Positions 27,491 to 27,968 of a stretch of 27,968 nucleotides of DNA are shown here, piece by piece (position 1 is the first letter of the stretch; every line of letters begins with the position of its first letter). The position numbers and the translations under genes were made by a program. The stretch covers positions 1-27,968 of the forward strand of contig JBFWJG010000036.1 in NCBI GenBank assembly GCA_050253335.1, in the 5' to 3' direction. Origin of the DNA: Deferribacterales bacterium (lineage in GTDB: Bacteria; Chrysiogenota; Deferribacteres; Deferribacterales; Geovibrionaceae). The notes under the pieces are model-generated. The model had not been told where the DNA came from. It was given only the letters and a program-made list of their open reading frames with translations, and made no database searches.

Positions 27491-27968
27491 ATGAAAGGCA
27501 TACGGACTGCCGTTTACGCTAACGATTCCCTTCTGCTCGGCGAAATTCTGGGCAGGATAGAAGAGGAATTTCCCCTTCTTGAAGTCAGCATCTACTCCTC
27601 TGAGGACTATCTGCCCTCCATAGCCGCGGAAAAACCGGCTTACGGAGTTAAAAACATCAGCGAGCTTGATGACGAGGAGATAGCTGTTGTTCTGGGCGAT
27701 CCGGGTGTTCACGCGGATGCTATACGGAAGCTGGACGGCTCTATAATTGACTGTACGGGGATTTTCAGCGGCTATGACGACCTTTATGAGGTTGCCGAGC
27801 CCATTGAATATATAATACGCCGCTTTAAGGGCGACAAATCGAAGGTGAAGGGCAGTCTTATGATGCCTGCGGCTCTCTTCGGGAGAAACGCCATTGATGA
27901 TTTGATAAGCCAGACAAGAAACCTTTTCTCTTTCGGGCGGGACAAGTCCAAGGTGTTTGAGGAGAGAG
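27491..27968 (+). CDS. Partial CDS, possible degenerate Asd/Usg-like protein
   Basis: Open frame from ATG 27491 to the window end, not in the ORF track: MKGIRTAVYANDSLLLGEILGRIEEEFP...PAALFGRNAIDDLISQTRNLFSF. Confidence 0.65.
   Translation, partial: MKGIRTAVYANDSLLLGEILGRIEEEFPLLEVSIYSSEDYLPSIAAEKPAYGVKNISELDDEEIAVVLGDPGVHADAIRKLDGSIIDCTGIFSGYDDLYEVAEPIEYIIRRFKGDKSKVKGSLMMPAALFGRNAIDDLISQTRNLFSFGRDKSKVFEER

Noticed and set aside
1..27968. tRNA, rRNA, IS, integrase or prophage genes
   Set aside because: None recognised; intergenic gaps are short and no transposase or recombinase ORF is present.

Overview
Bacterial chromosomal window of roughly 50% GC, mostly housekeeping; gene content and order suggest a Gram-negative anaerobe such as Deferribacterales or a delta-proteobacterium (inference only). 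Left to right: the 3' end of an acidic protein gene; an NtrY/NtrX-like two-component pair coupled to two MacB-type ABC permeases; a modular palindromic repeat array (6260-6695); a possible FliL-like membrane protein; a lexA / small ORF / Y-family polymerase cassette with a clear promoter, a GAAC-N4-GTTY SOS box and a copy of the repeat inside its 5' leader; a 68-aa Cys/His protein; terC with a structured leader; phoU-phoB-phoR with four 11-bp-phased Pho-box repeats; a DtxR/MntR regulator; a TrmJ-like methyltransferase; a lytic transglycosylase; sfsA; an AT-rich secreted protein with 13 x 24-aa repeats; leuS-lptE-holA; a GAF/HD-GYP protein; a receiver protein; birA, coaX, a PilF-like TPR lipoprotein, a RodZ-like protein, and the start of an Asd/Usg-like gene. 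The best candidates for undescribed biology are the SOS cassette (PolY with a RecA-NT-like tail plus a stand-alone ImuB-C-like partner) and the ANGGA-hairpin repeat element embedded in its leader. All family calls are by motif recognition; no searches were run.
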